Below, one piece after another: positions 39,101-47,866 of a stretch of 64,000 bases of DNA. Under the pieces are notes generated by a model. It did not search any database. It was not told where the DNA came from and worked only from the letters and a program-made list of their open reading frames with translations. The position numbers and the translations under genes were made by a program. Source of the DNA: an uncultured Candidatus Saccharibacteria bacterium (GTDB lineage: Bacteria; Patescibacteriota; Doudnabacteria; UBA920; 2-02-FULL-46-11); NCBI GenBank assembly GCA_964609765.1, contig CAZSSD010000001.1, forward strand, positions 45,282 through 109,281, read 5' to 3'. Position 1 is the stretch's first letter; each line of letters begins with the position of its first letter.

Positions 39101-39501
39101 CGGAGGCGAAAAAGTTTGTCAGATTGCGCGAGCGCCTCAAAGCCAAAGATAAATCACGCATGAGCAGCCGCGAAAAAGTGGTCACGGCCTTAATTTATCT
39201 CAATCCCAAAGATTTTGTTAACCCCGGCGAGCGCACCCTGACGCCTTTGGAATTTTACGGCGATAAAGAAACGCCGGGCGTTTATCGCTTAATTAAAAAT
39301 CACAACTGGCCGGCGGTATTTAATAGGCTATTGGCTTTGAAACTTGAGAAAGGCCCGGAAAAACGTGAGCTTATTGATGAGGCCGCGGCCTTGCTGGGCG
39401 ATTTGGAAGGCGCCCGCGTGGCCTATATCAATTATAAAAACGGTCGCCAGTCTAAAGAGACGGCCGCCATTGATCGCGGCGCGTCGCGGCTCGCGGCCTA
39501 A
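36196..39501 (+). CDS. Large hypothetical protein (1101 aa) with Gly-rich hydrophobic helices and Ala-rich coiled coil
   Basis: GAVVGGLFGLARG and GKAVAGAAIGWSMA glycine-zipper-like segments; ATGA overlap with previous gene. Confidence 0.8.
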   Translation: MSSHNQDSELDELERMAREALRAQGVDPDAASSDAEVPLSPSEPAKPRRRRASGAAADALVARAGTSSGLSEPAVPPVPEAAPMPQAAPKRRRASGQEADDLVSRAGAPTAQPPRVRVAETKSEPTIPEPVPVAPIPRIESPWLEPAAAKPPEQKTAGDEEIIDRETMEEMRGRIESDLSTLSQMSEPELDRVKISIESFQRFTADKDLQTIELHCFIADALSRVESARLKLRNGGDKRLPAEQEPTRPETELERELRGVMAEVLSEVGLRPDEVKAIDFGKIWAYLKKVGGTKIDLKDMLIAGGPAIVVAGILRWTLRTKLGWAPETAGAVVGGLFGLARGISAEDRRQQTRRTKYQEILHEFTATGGFDGLWAMADKDILKAMTTVLAMRKTVEKAEGELDPARYQELTDLITKQEILLLRRKELRESQGVERLVKFMAVTRGVNLDGLQSQRKLLLHRFILDRTVGAEVKIAAGQRRDYKAVAGKAVAGAAIGWSMAALTDLLFDWARVRFFSGAPAEAAPEGAGPSEAPTGAEGAPAEPTTPPAETTDTSTAPTPTEQPPAPKPDIKAAPAPAAAEPAEPTTPAAGDLERALTAASDRAQDIVKEAREAAAAARAAMANAPSEQARTAAELAAQKAEAAAQAAERAAAEVGRATTREAAQKALREVAGKVAEAQMEQQAAEAATAAGKAIEIAGEKIVIPGTLMDVTSEAGKNGISYLVRDQLEYIADQVKGNAEVLQKIFGPSIDAADVAERSADFRQALREKMFAVLENNEVDGKTILKLDEAGKVISEVRLGAADVNTVSIEYDPSNPSGFAVKVEPPTYVEPVAPAQPLAPPAEAAASPAAWPRKFSLEDLLKFREAVNSPNFPESVDKLGGHFNLQEPSLPPDGVPQPPDYLREDFWQGHAPTKMGLLFEAPTTAMAAARLWFLGSMVSAGLYGAHEATQAVVSRVSSKTEKTPGAGLAPEAKKFVRLRERLKAKDKSRMSSREKVVTALIYLNPKDFVNPGERTLTPLEFYGDKETPGVYRLIKNHNWPAVFNRLLALKLEKGPEKRELIDEAAALLGDLEGARVAYINYKNGRQSKETAAIDRGASRLAA

Positions 39502-39515
39502 AATTGGACAAAAAA

Positions 39516-39818
39516 ATGGACACACCCAAACAAATTGCGGACAAATTATTCAAGGAACTCAATTTGCAGAACCAGCCGCCCAAACGCCAACAGGAAGTGC
39601 TGGAAGAGCTGGTTGAACATTTTTCGCAGGTCATCATTACAACCATGCTGCGCCAAGTTAATGACGAGCAGTTTGCCGATTTGGAAAAGGCGCTCAACTC
39701 GACCGATTGGCAAAATGAGGTTTTGCGCATTGCCGGGGAGGTTCCCGGCCTGGCCGAAGCCATAGAAAACAACATTCAGAGCGAATATGATATGATGAAG
39801 ACGGTTATGAACTCTTAA
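39516..39818 (+). CDS. Small helical protein, DUF5663-like (CPR)
   Basis: LF.EL.L...P...QQEVLE pattern and C-terminal VPGL.E.IE; family recalled by resemblance only. Confidence 0.55.
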   Translation: MDTPKQIADKLFKELNLQNQPPKRQQEVLEELVEHFSQVIITTMLRQVNDEQFADLEKALNSTDWQNEVLRIAGEVPGLAEAIENNIQSEYDMMKTVMNS

Positions 39819-39824
39819 AACAAA

Positions 39825-40487
39825 ATGTCGTCAATATTTAATCGCAGCGAGCAAAAAGATTATAAGGTTGAACCGATTGCGCCGCCCCCGCGTCCGCACT
39901 TGGAACAGGACCCGGACAAGCTTAAGGCACCCGGCCGGGCAGAGCTTGAAAATTTCGCGGCCCAAGGCTGGCTGGATAAAGCCAACATCTTTGCCTACGA
40001 GCGCGGCGGCGAAAGTGGCTGGGTCTTTTATACAACCGATGTTTTGAAAGATAAAATGGCCGCCGAGCTGCGCGCGGCCGGTTACAATGATATTCATATT
40101 GTCGCTATCAGTGAAAACGAATATGCCATTTATATCGCTAATCCGGCGGTGCGGGCCAGGCGTGAAGGCGAGAATTGGTTTCGCATGCGCGAGCGGCGCG
40201 TATCCACCGAGGCCGTCGCGGCGAGTAGTCTTGATCATCCAGCCGCTAACGCCGGCCCGGAAAGGTTGGCCGGCCCGGGCAGCCAAGATTTAAGTGACGT
40301 TGAACCTCCGCCTGCGCGGCCGGCAAGCGAGACGCAAAAGACGGTAATTGAAAAAATCGGCCCCGAAAATTTTTTACGCTTAACCATAAACCGGTTTAAT
40401 TCAAGCCGCGATCCCGGCTTTGACGAAGTTGACCTGGAGCAAGCTTTTTTTACGGCCCGGGCATATATTGAACAGAAACAAAATTAA
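39825..40487 (+). CDS. Hypothetical protein (220 aa)
   Basis: Tightly packed ORF between neighbours in the same operon. Confidence 0.7.
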   Translation: MSSIFNRSEQKDYKVEPIAPPPRPHLEQDPDKLKAPGRAELENFAAQGWLDKANIFAYERGGESGWVFYTTDVLKDKMAAELRAAGYNDIHIVAISENEYAIYIANPAVRARREGENWFRMRERRVSTEAVAASSLDHPAANAGPERLAGPGSQDLSDVEPPPARPASETQKTVIEKIGPENFLRLTINRFNSSRDPGFDEVDLEQAFFTARAYIEQKQN

Positions 40488-40489
40488 AT

Positions 40490-43048
40490 ATGTTTGAAGA
40501 TTCGCCCACAAATTATTACGCAGCAAACGGCGGCGGCGCCGACTGGCTTTGGTATTTGGTTTTAGTTATAGGTTTGGTGTTCTTGGCTATGGTTTTTTGG
40601 AAACGCCGGGCAATCTTAAGCCGGGCCAAACTATTCCGTTCGCTTGATCTTGTTTTTTTTGAAGTTCTCATGCCCCGCGAAACCGCGGAAGATAAATTCG
40701 GCCAAGAATCCACCAAACAAAACGAAAAAGAAATAATCGGTATCGCCGAACAACTTTATACCACGGTTTATTATCCGTCGCCGCCCTGGTACAAGCGGTT
40801 TTGGACCGGGACGGATTCAATATCATTTGAGATTTCCGCTTTCCAAAAAAAGATCCATTTTTATGTAACCTGCCCCCGGGCGCTGGTGGGCGCGGTGGAG
40901 AGGCAGATACACGCGCAGTATCCCAAAGCGGCGGTTGAAGAAATAACCGGCTATCAGATATTTCGCAAGGGCAATTTTGTGGCGGCCACCGAGCTTAAAC
41001 TGCAAAAAAATTACGTCTATCCGATTAAGACTTACGCCGAACAAAATTCTGATCCGCTTGACGCCATTACTAATGCCATGAGCAAATTGACGGGCGAGGA
41101 GTCCATGTCGTTGCAGCTCACGCTCATACCCGCGCACGCTAAGTGGGGCAGGCGGCCGCGCCAATATGCGTCCGAAATTCAGCAAGGCAAACGGCCGGGC
41201 CATGTTATTATCCACCCCGCCCATAAAGTGGCCAGGGAGCTTGGCAAAACGGTGGGACAAGGCGTGGGGCAGCTTTTTGGCGCGACCGATAAAGCCGGCA
41301 ATTTGCCGGATCAAGACAACAAGCCCATCAATCTTACGCCCATGCAGCAAGAGATTGTAAAAAAACTTGAGGAAAAGGCGAGCAAAATATCCTGGCATGC
41401 CAATATCAGGCTAATTGCCGCATCGGAAACAAAGGTTATGGCCGAGAGCCACCTCAATACTTTGTTGGCGACTTTTACCCAGTACAGTATGCCGCCTTTT
41501 AACGGTTTTAAAATTCGCCACAAGAATGTAAAAAGAATTACCAAAGACTTTATTTTGCGCAATTATAACAGGAGCAAGATGATTCTGAATACGGCGGAAC
41601 TGTCTTCAATCTGGCATCCGGCCACCAAGTTTATGGAGACGCCCAATATTCAGTGGTTGACGAGCCGCAAAGCGCCGCCGCCGCCCAACTTGCCGGACAG
41701 CGGCACCCTTTTGGGCATTAACGTTTACCGTGATGTGGAGACTCCGGCTTACATCCTCGATGAAGATCGAATGAGGCACGTTTATATTATCGGCCGCACC
41801 GGCGTTGGTAAAACCGAGATTATGCAGAATATGGCCATTCAGGATATCCGCGCCGGCAAGGGTGTTTGCGTGGTTGATCCGCACGGCGAGTTTATCGAAA
41901 ACGTTCTGTACGCCATACCCAAGGAAAGGGCCGAAGATGTTGTCCTTTTTGAGCCAGCCGATATGGCCCGCCCGTTTGGTTTAAATATGCTTGATGTCAA
42001 GAATGAGGCGCAAAAGGACTTTGTGGTGCAGGAGATGATCGCCATTTTCGAGAAACTATTCCCGCCGGAGGTGATCGGCCCGATGTTTGAACATAATATG
42101 CGCAATGTTATGCTGACCCTCATTGCCGATCACAATGATCCGGGCACGCTTGTTGAGATACCGCGCATGTTTACTGATCCGGCTTTTCAGCGTATCTATA
42201 TCAATCGGGTTAAGGATCCGACCGTACTTTCTTTTTGGGAACAGGAAATGGCCAAGACCAGCGATTTTCATAAGTCTGAAATGCTGGGTTATCTTATTAG
42301 CAAGGTGGGCCGTTTTGTGGAGAATACGATGATGCGAAATATTATCGGCCAAAAGCGCAACTCCTTCGATTTCAGGGAAATAATGGATAACGGCAAGATT
42401 TTATTGGTCAATCTTTCAAAAGGCAAGATTGGCGAGCTTAATGCCAAGCTTTTGGGTTTAATTATCGTCAGCAAACTGCAAATGGCGGCGCTCTCACGGG
42501 CCGATCAGCCCGAGGCCGAGCGTCGCGAATTTTACCTTTATGTGGATGAGTTCCAGAATTTTGTGACCGACTCATTCGCCACCATACTTTCCGAGGCCAG
42601 AAAATACAAACTGGGGTTAAATATTGCCCACCAATACCTTTCGCAGCTAACCGCCGAAAAACCCGGCTCGTCCGCGCAGGATACCAAGGTGCGCGACGCC
42701 GTTTTTGGCAATGTCGGCACGATGGTGGCCTTCAGAATAGGCGTGGAAGATGCCGAGGTCATGGCCAAGGAATTTGCGCCGACGTTTTCCGAATTTGACG
42801 TTGTTAACATTGAACGTTTTAACGCCTACATTAAATTAATGGTTCATAATACGGTCACGCGTCCGTTTAGCATCAAAACGCTGAAGAGCGAAAAGTTTAA
42901 TGATCGGGAAACCGTGGAAGCTATCAGACGATTGTCGCGCTTGAAGTACGGACGCCCGCGCGAGCAGGTAGAAGCGGATATTCTTGAGCGCAGCCAGCTG
43001 CAAAAAATATCTCTGGAACCCAAAGACGTAAGAGGCCAATTTGCCTAA
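40490..43048 (+). CDS. VirD4/TraD-like type IV coupling ATPase (CPR type)
   Basis: N-terminal TM; DR.RHVYIIGRTGVGKT Walker A; VVDPHGE; LYVDEFQNF Walker B; LSEARKY; AHQYL.QL; FGNVGT. Confidence 0.88.
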   Translation: MFEDSPTNYYAANGGGADWLWYLVLVIGLVFLAMVFWKRRAILSRAKLFRSLDLVFFEVLMPRETAEDKFGQESTKQNEKEIIGIAEQLYTTVYYPSPPWYKRFWTGTDSISFEISAFQKKIHFYVTCPRALVGAVERQIHAQYPKAAVEEITGYQIFRKGNFVAATELKLQKNYVYPIKTYAEQNSDPLDAITNAMSKLTGEESMSLQLTLIPAHAKWGRRPRQYASEIQQGKRPGHVIIHPAHKVARELGKTVGQGVGQLFGATDKAGNLPDQDNKPINLTPMQQEIVKKLEEKASKISWHANIRLIAASETKVMAESHLNTLLATFTQYSMPPFNGFKIRHKNVKRITKDFILRNYNRSKMILNTAELSSIWHPATKFMETPNIQWLTSRKAPPPPNLPDSGTLLGINVYRDVETPAYILDEDRMRHVYIIGRTGVGKTEIMQNMAIQDIRAGKGVCVVDPHGEFIENVLYAIPKERAEDVVLFEPADMARPFGLNMLDVKNEAQKDFVVQEMIAIFEKLFPPEVIGPMFEHNMRNVMLTLIADHNDPGTLVEIPRMFTDPAFQRIYINRVKDPTVLSFWEQEMAKTSDFHKSEMLGYLISKVGRFVENTMMRNIIGQKRNSFDFREIMDNGKILLVNLSKGKIGELNAKLLGLIIVSKLQMAALSRADQPEAERREFYLYVDEFQNFVTDSFATILSEARKYKLGLNIAHQYLSQLTAEKPGSSAQDTKVRDAVFGNVGTMVAFRIGVEDAEVMAKEFAPTFSEFDVVNIERFNAYIKLMVHNTVTRPFSIKTLKSEKFNDRETVEAIRRLSRLKYGRPREQVEADILERSQLQKISLEPKDVRGQFA

Positions 43049-43109
43049 ATCCGGGGCTAAGACTATAATATATGATGAATTGGGACTAGGACTTGGCTAA
43101 TCTTAGTAC

Positions 43110-43138
43110 TTGACAATACCTCTAAAAGAAACTAAAAT
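43110..43138 (+). promoter_or_regulatory. Sigma70-type promoter
   Basis: TTGACA-17nt-TAAAAT. Confidence 0.7.
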
Positions 43139-43315
43139 AAATCAGCTTATATTTGGTTTTGAAAAAATATTACTAAATAATAAAAAGATCCGTTTTGCGA
43201 GCCTGTGGCTTTGCCACGGCGAGCAATCCTTACCGAAAGGGAGGGAACGTAGCGAAGCGGAGTTGGGAAGGGAAAACGCAGGCTCGTAGAGCCGCAAGGT
43301 TTTCCCTCACAAAAA

Positions 43316-43993
43316 ATGTCTGATATTTCAAATTTGGCGCGCATTCAGCAGCTGCTGGAAAGCGCCGAGCAAGAGCTGCAGTCGGCCAAACAACTTTTAC
43401 AGCAAGTGATGGGCGAAATTCCAGAAGCTGGTAGTTCGTCCGATCCAGACGTGCTGATATCTAAAGCTAGGACGCTTTCTGTTTCGGAGGGCGGTAAGAT
43501 TATTGAAGGTATTTTCGACGGTCAGAATATGGTTGGCCCGGATGGCCGCATGTATCCTGTGCCCGCTAATTACGCTTCTAAAAGCAAACTGGTGGAAGGT
43601 GATGTCTTAAAACTGACCATTGCCCCGGACGGCAGCTTTATTTACAAGCAAATCGGACCGGTTGAGCGCAAGCGGGTGGTGGGCATATTGGTGCAGGACG
43701 AAAAGGGTGATTATCGGGTGGTGGCCGAGGGCAAGTCTTATCGGGTTTTATTGGCTTCCTTGACTTACTACAAATCAGAACCGGGGGACCAGGTGACTTT
43801 ATTGGTACCAACAGAGCATGAGTCAGCTTGGGCGGCGGTTGAAAACGTTATTAAAAAGGGCGCCGAAGAATTTCCTCAAACCACCGGTCCGCAGTATCAA
43901 ACCGAAGCTTCTCCAGACGAAGCCCGGCCCCAAGACGAAGGTTCGCGACAGGTTAGGATTTTAACTGACGACGATGATCTGTTGGGGGAATAG
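43316..43993 (+). CDS. Conserved CPR hypothetical protein
   Basis: IIEG.FDGQNM.GPDG..Y.VPANYASKSKLVEGD.LKLTI..DG.F.YKQIGP motif recalled from Patescibacteria proteins. Confidence 0.75.
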   Translation: MSDISNLARIQQLLESAEQELQSAKQLLQQVMGEIPEAGSSSDPDVLISKARTLSVSEGGKIIEGIFDGQNMVGPDGRMYPVPANYASKSKLVEGDVLKLTIAPDGSFIYKQIGPVERKRVVGILVQDEKGDYRVVAEGKSYRVLLASLTYYKSEPGDQVTLLVPTEHESAWAAVENVIKKGAEEFPQTTGPQYQTEASPDEARPQDEGSRQVRILTDDDDLLGE

Positions 43994-44002
43994 CCATTCG
44001 GA

Positions 44003-44482
44003 ATGCTCAATATAAATCTATTTAAACAGTTTTTGAAATTTGGCGCGGTCGGGGTGCTCAACACTTTGGTTGATCTAGGCGTGCTTACTATTTTGATTTA
44101 TTTTGAGCCTACGGGCAAGGCGGGTTTGCTTTATGCGCTTTTTAAGGCCATCGCATTTATTGTGGCTAATATTAACAGCTACGTCTTTAATAAATTTTGG
44201 ACGTTTCGTGAGGATGGCGGGCAAAAGCGCACAACGGTTGAGTTTTCGGAATATTTTTTGGTTAGTCTGATTGGCATGTTGATTAATGTAAGCGTGGCTT
44301 CGCTTGTGGTTAATTATTTCCTGATCTATGAATACCATCCGGTTCTGGCGGTATTGCAAAAGCCCTGGCCGCAGATATCGGCGCTCTTTGGCACTGCCTT
44401 TGGCCTGGTCTGGAATTTTCTGGGCTATAAATTCCTTGTATTTACCCGCAAAAATAAGCCCGCGCCAGCGCCTAAATACTAA
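44003..44482 (+). CDS. GtrA family membrane protein
   Basis: QFLKFG.VG..NT.VD, NSY.FNK.WTF, WNF.GYK..VF. Confidence 0.9.
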   Translation: MLNINLFKQFLKFGAVGVLNTLVDLGVLTILIYFEPTGKAGLLYALFKAIAFIVANINSYVFNKFWTFREDGGQKRTTVEFSEYFLVSLIGMLINVSVASLVVNYFLIYEYHPVLAVLQKPWPQISALFGTAFGLVWNFLGYKFLVFTRKNKPAPAPKY

Positions 44483-44561
44483 AAATAGAACATCAATTTA
44501 TGTTTGGTTCGGACCAATCCAAGTTCGGGCTTTTTTATTTTTAGTCTGCTATAATATGGGT

Positions 44562-46031
44562 ATGTCTAAAGCGCTTTATCGGCTATACCGCCCCCAAAAA
44601 TTTTCAGATGTGGTTGGCCAGGAACATGTTATTACTACCCTCGCCAATCAGGTTAAAAGCGGTCAAATTGGCCATGCTTATTTATTTACCGGCTCGCGCG
44701 GTGTCGGCAAAACCTCGGTGGCGCGCATTTTAGCGCGGGCGGCCAATTGTCAATCTCCCGCTATTTTTGAACCAGATAACGCCTGCGACGCCTGCCAGGA
44801 CATACTTCAAGGCAAAAGCTTGGATTTGATGGAAATAGACGCCGCTTCGCATACCGGCGTGGACAATATACGGGAAATTATCGATCACCTAGCTATCCCG
44901 CCAAGCCGTGCCAAATATCGTACTTATATTATTGACGAGGTGCATATGCTCTCACGCGGCGCTTTTAATGCGCTCTTAAAAACTCTTGAAGAGCCGCCCG
45001 CGCACGCTTTGTTCATATTGGCTACGACCGAGGCGCATAAGGTGCCGGCGACCATTATTTCGCGCACGCAAAGATTTGACTTTAAAAAACTGACCGACGC
45101 CGAAATTGCCAAACAGCTGAATTTAATTGTCCAAAAAGAGGGCTTGGCAATTAAAGCCGAGGTTTTAGAGGCCATTGCCCAGTCTGTTGACGGAAGCTTG
45201 CGCGACGCTCTGGTCCTGCTGGAAAAGGCCATTCATTTGGCCCGGTCAGAGCACACCACCGCCGACGATATTCAAAAACTGCTCGGGATTACGCCCATTC
45301 GTTTCCGCCAAGAATTTTTGACACTCGTTAAAGAGAAAGACTTGGCCAAAACTGCCAAATTCTTGAGAGATTTGTCCGAGCAGGGTTATAATTTAGAGCA
45401 GTTCACGCGCGATTTTTTGGAATATGTGCGCAATGCCTTAACCGCAAACATGGATCGCGAATTGGCAAAGCTCGCCGATTATTTCTTGGAAAGTTATGCG
45501 CAATTAAGAATCAGTCCGGTGCCGGAGCTGCCCTTGCTCGTGGCGGCCGTAAAGTTTGCTGAAAGTTCAGGAGAGGCGGCAAAGATTGAGGCCGAGCCGA
45601 ACGAGTCAAGCAGCGGGTCCGTCCCAAAAGCCGCCGCCAATAATAAGGAAGAAACGAAGGTGGTTTTAAATCAGGCCAAAGTTTCCGAGCACTGGCTTGA
45701 AATACTGGAAAGAGTGCGGGCCTATAATCAATCGCTTTTAACGGCGCTTAAGTTGGCTAAACCGGTCGGCCATGTTAATGGTACGATTACTATCGCTTTT
45801 CCTTATAAATTTCATGCGGACACAGTGAACGCCGCTAAAAACCGTTTGATAATCGAACGCGTTTTGGAAGAGCTTTTTGGCCACAAGATGCAGGTAAGAT
45901 GCGTGACGGAAAAAGAGGCGGGTATGGCTGGCCATGAGCATAGGCAGGCAGAAACGGAAAACAAGAGCCGGATGAACAATGATTTGCTCAACAGCGCCTT
46001 AGATATTTTGGGCGGGGAAGTCGTTAATTAG
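44562..46031 (+). CDS. dnaX: DNA polymerase III subunit gamma/tau
   Basis: ALYR.YRPQ.F.DVVGQ, GSRGVGKTS, EIDAAS, IIDEVHML, NALLKTLEEPP. Start moved to ATG 44562 just after TGCTATAAT. Confidence 0.96.
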   Translation: MSKALYRLYRPQKFSDVVGQEHVITTLANQVKSGQIGHAYLFTGSRGVGKTSVARILARAANCQSPAIFEPDNACDACQDILQGKSLDLMEIDAASHTGVDNIREIIDHLAIPPSRAKYRTYIIDEVHMLSRGAFNALLKTLEEPPAHALFILATTEAHKVPATIISRTQRFDFKKLTDAEIAKQLNLIVQKEGLAIKAEVLEAIAQSVDGSLRDALVLLEKAIHLARSEHTTADDIQKLLGITPIRFRQEFLTLVKEKDLAKTAKFLRDLSEQGYNLEQFTRDFLEYVRNALTANMDRELAKLADYFLESYAQLRISPVPELPLLVAAVKFAESSGEAAKIEAEPNESSSGSVPKAAANNKEETKVVLNQAKVSEHWLEILERVRAYNQSLLTALKLAKPVGHVNGTITIAFPYKFHADTVNAAKNRLIIERVLEELFGHKMQVRCVTEKEAGMAGHEHRQAETENKSRMNNDLLNSALDILGGEVVN

Positions 46032-46091
46032 GACTTTTCAAAAGCGAAATTTTCTGTTAAAATATAAAGGCTTTTACGGCCTTTTAATTAT

Positions 46092-46165
46092 TCCGGGATC
46101 GTCTAACGGCAGGACACCACCCTTTGGAGGTGGGTATCTTGGTTCGAATCCAAGTCCCGGAACCA
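46092..46165 (+). tRNA. tRNA-Gln (TTG)
   Basis: TCCGGGA/TCCCGGA acceptor, CCACC-CT[TTG]GA-GGTGG, CTTGG-TTCGAAT-CCAAG, encoded CCA. Confidence 0.95.
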
Positions 46166-46166
46166 T

Positions 46167-46197
46167 AAAAAAACACCATCTAGAGATGGTGTTTTTT
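46167..46197. terminator. Bidirectional terminator
   Basis: AAAAAAACACCATC-TAGA-GATGGTGTTTTTT. Confidence 0.8.
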
Positions 46198-46801
46198 AGT
46201 GCTCGGTTAGTTTCCCGGCTTCGATTTCGATAGGATCAGCCGGGCGCAAATTGCGAATTTGCTTTGGCGTCAAAATGGGATAATGAGGACAGGCGTCAAG
46301 ATCATCGGAAATATGCCAGAGATGCTCTTTGGCCATGATCCAGCCTACGCCATATTTGCGTAAGTCAAAAGGGCGCGAGAAGGAGCGCATCGTTTTATGG
46401 CCGGTATTTAAAAAATATTCATGAAAATAAGACATGGCTAGCTCGCGCATAGTCTTGTAAACCGGTTCCCGATAGCGCAACACGGCATGATTGGTTTTGC
46501 TGATAGCGCCCCAGCCATTATCTTCCTTAAAAAGGGCCACCACATGCTCTAAATCATTGTTGCTGGTTTTTAAATCCAAAAGCAGCGGTTTTCGGCCATG
46601 GTACCAGAGCGCGGCCGCTGCCAAGAGGGCGCCTTCCAGACATTGAGCCTTGTTTTTTTGAAAGACCAGCAGGGGAGAGTAAACGGTGTGTCCGTGCCTT
46701 TCAAAGTTGATGGGGAGTTTGTTCAAAAAGTCTTGGATTTTGCGCGGCGTGTTCAGGCTTTTAAGATTTTTAGCCAACCCTTCGTCAAGTTTTTGTTTCA
46801 T
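46196..46801 (-). CDS. Conserved hypothetical protein, possible transglutaminase-like fold
   Basis: AQCLEGALLAAA (Cys) and DLEHVVALF (His), WGAISKTNH..LRYREPVY. Confidence 0.7.
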   Translation of the reverse strand: MKQKLDEGLAKNLKSLNTPRKIQDFLNKLPINFERHGHTVYSPLLVFQKNKAQCLEGALLAAAALWYHGRKPLLLDLKTSNNDLEHVVALFKEDNGWGAISKTNHAVLRYREPVYKTMRELAMSYFHEYFLNTGHKTMRSFSRPFDLRKYGVGWIMAKEHLWHISDDLDACPHYPILTPKQIRNLRPADPIEIEAGKLTEH

Positions 46802-46922
46802 ATTTAAGCCTCTTTCTAATTATAGCCCATCTTTTGTGTAAAAGTCTTTAACAGCCCCTAAATGTGGTGTAGACGCAGGGTGTGGGCTTTGCTAGTATAA
46901 GCAGGTAATAAAGCTTCAACAT

Positions 46923-47336
46923 ATGAACATCAAGGATCAAAAATTTTGGGGAAGCATTATAGCGCTCGCCATTATCCTGGGCGGCATTGTTTACTTTGCC
47001 GACCAGAACCGCAATTACGACGCTGCTGATAACGGTGACAAGAATGACTCTCAATCCCTTAGTGGCGATGAAGCCTCGTCAGCGGAAATTCAGTATAAAG
47101 TTGACCAAGAGGATGCCGGCAAAACAGCCCTGGAACTTTTGAAAGCCAAGTATACTGTTGAGACCAAGGAGTTTGCCGGGTTGGGCGAGTTTGTTACTGC
47201 CATCAACGGCGTGGCGGCCGACGACAAGCATTTCTGGGCTTTTTACATCAATCAAGAAATGGCCCAGGTTGGCGCCAGCCAATATGCGGCTAAATACGGC
47301 GATCAGATTGTCTGGAAACTGGAGGAAATTAGATAA
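46923..47336 (+). CDS. DUF4430 (transcobalamin-like) domain protein, membrane anchored
   Basis: TALELLK, GEFVTAINGV, FWAFYIN..MAQVGA..Y....GDQI.W. Confidence 0.82.
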   Translation: MNIKDQKFWGSIIALAIILGGIVYFADQNRNYDAADNGDKNDSQSLSGDEASSAEIQYKVDQEDAGKTALELLKAKYTVETKEFAGLGEFVTAINGVAADDKHFWAFYINQEMAQVGASQYAAKYGDQIVWKLEEIR

Positions 47337-47338
47337 AC

Positions 47339-47866
47339 ATGAATTCATTGGCCTACTTTCTAATTCTGTTGGGCGCGATTTTGCGTATTTTGCCGCACCC
47401 CGGGAATTTTGCGCCGATTGCCGCCATCGCTTTGTTCGGCGGCGTTTATTTGTCTAAGAAGCACGCGCTTTGGCTGCCTCTCTTGGCCATGTTTTTGTCC
47501 GACATTTTTATTGGTTTTGATTCACTGGGTTCGCGTTTGATTGTTTATGGCTCTTTTTTACTGGTCGGGCTGATCGGGCTCTGGATCCGCGAAAATAAAA
47601 GCGTCGGCCGAGTGGCGGGGGGCACCCTTCTCGGCTCTTTGGTGTTTTATTTAATTACTAATTTTGCCTATCTGTATCCGCCAACCATGTATAGCCATGA
47701 CTTGAACGGGGTGGTCGCTTCCTACATCAATGCGCTGCCTTTTTTCCGTAATTCTCTATTCGGCGATCTGTTTTACGTCGGTGTGTTATTTGGCGCTTAT
47801 GAACTGGTTGTTTTTTATAAAACCAAAAGAGCGAGCCGGGGAGTTGAGATGGAGATCCATGGCTAA
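47339..47866 (+). CDS. DUF6580-like putative transporter (ECF S-component-like)
   Basis: R.LPH..NFAPIAAIALFGG, MFLSD, FYLITNF, Y..ALPFFRNS..GD. Confidence 0.8.
   Translation: MNSLAYFLILLGAILRILPHPGNFAPIAAIALFGGVYLSKKHALWLPLLAMFLSDIFIGFDSLGSRLIVYGSFLLVGLIGLWIRENKSVGRVAGGTLLGSLVFYLITNFAYLYPPTMYSHDLNGVVASYINALPFFRNSLFGDLFYVGVLFGAYELVVFYKTKRASRGVEMEIHG

Noticed and set aside
44328-44561. N-terminal extension of DnaX in the ORF track
   Set aside because: Overlaps gtrA and the promoter; the conserved N-terminus starts at MSKALYR.
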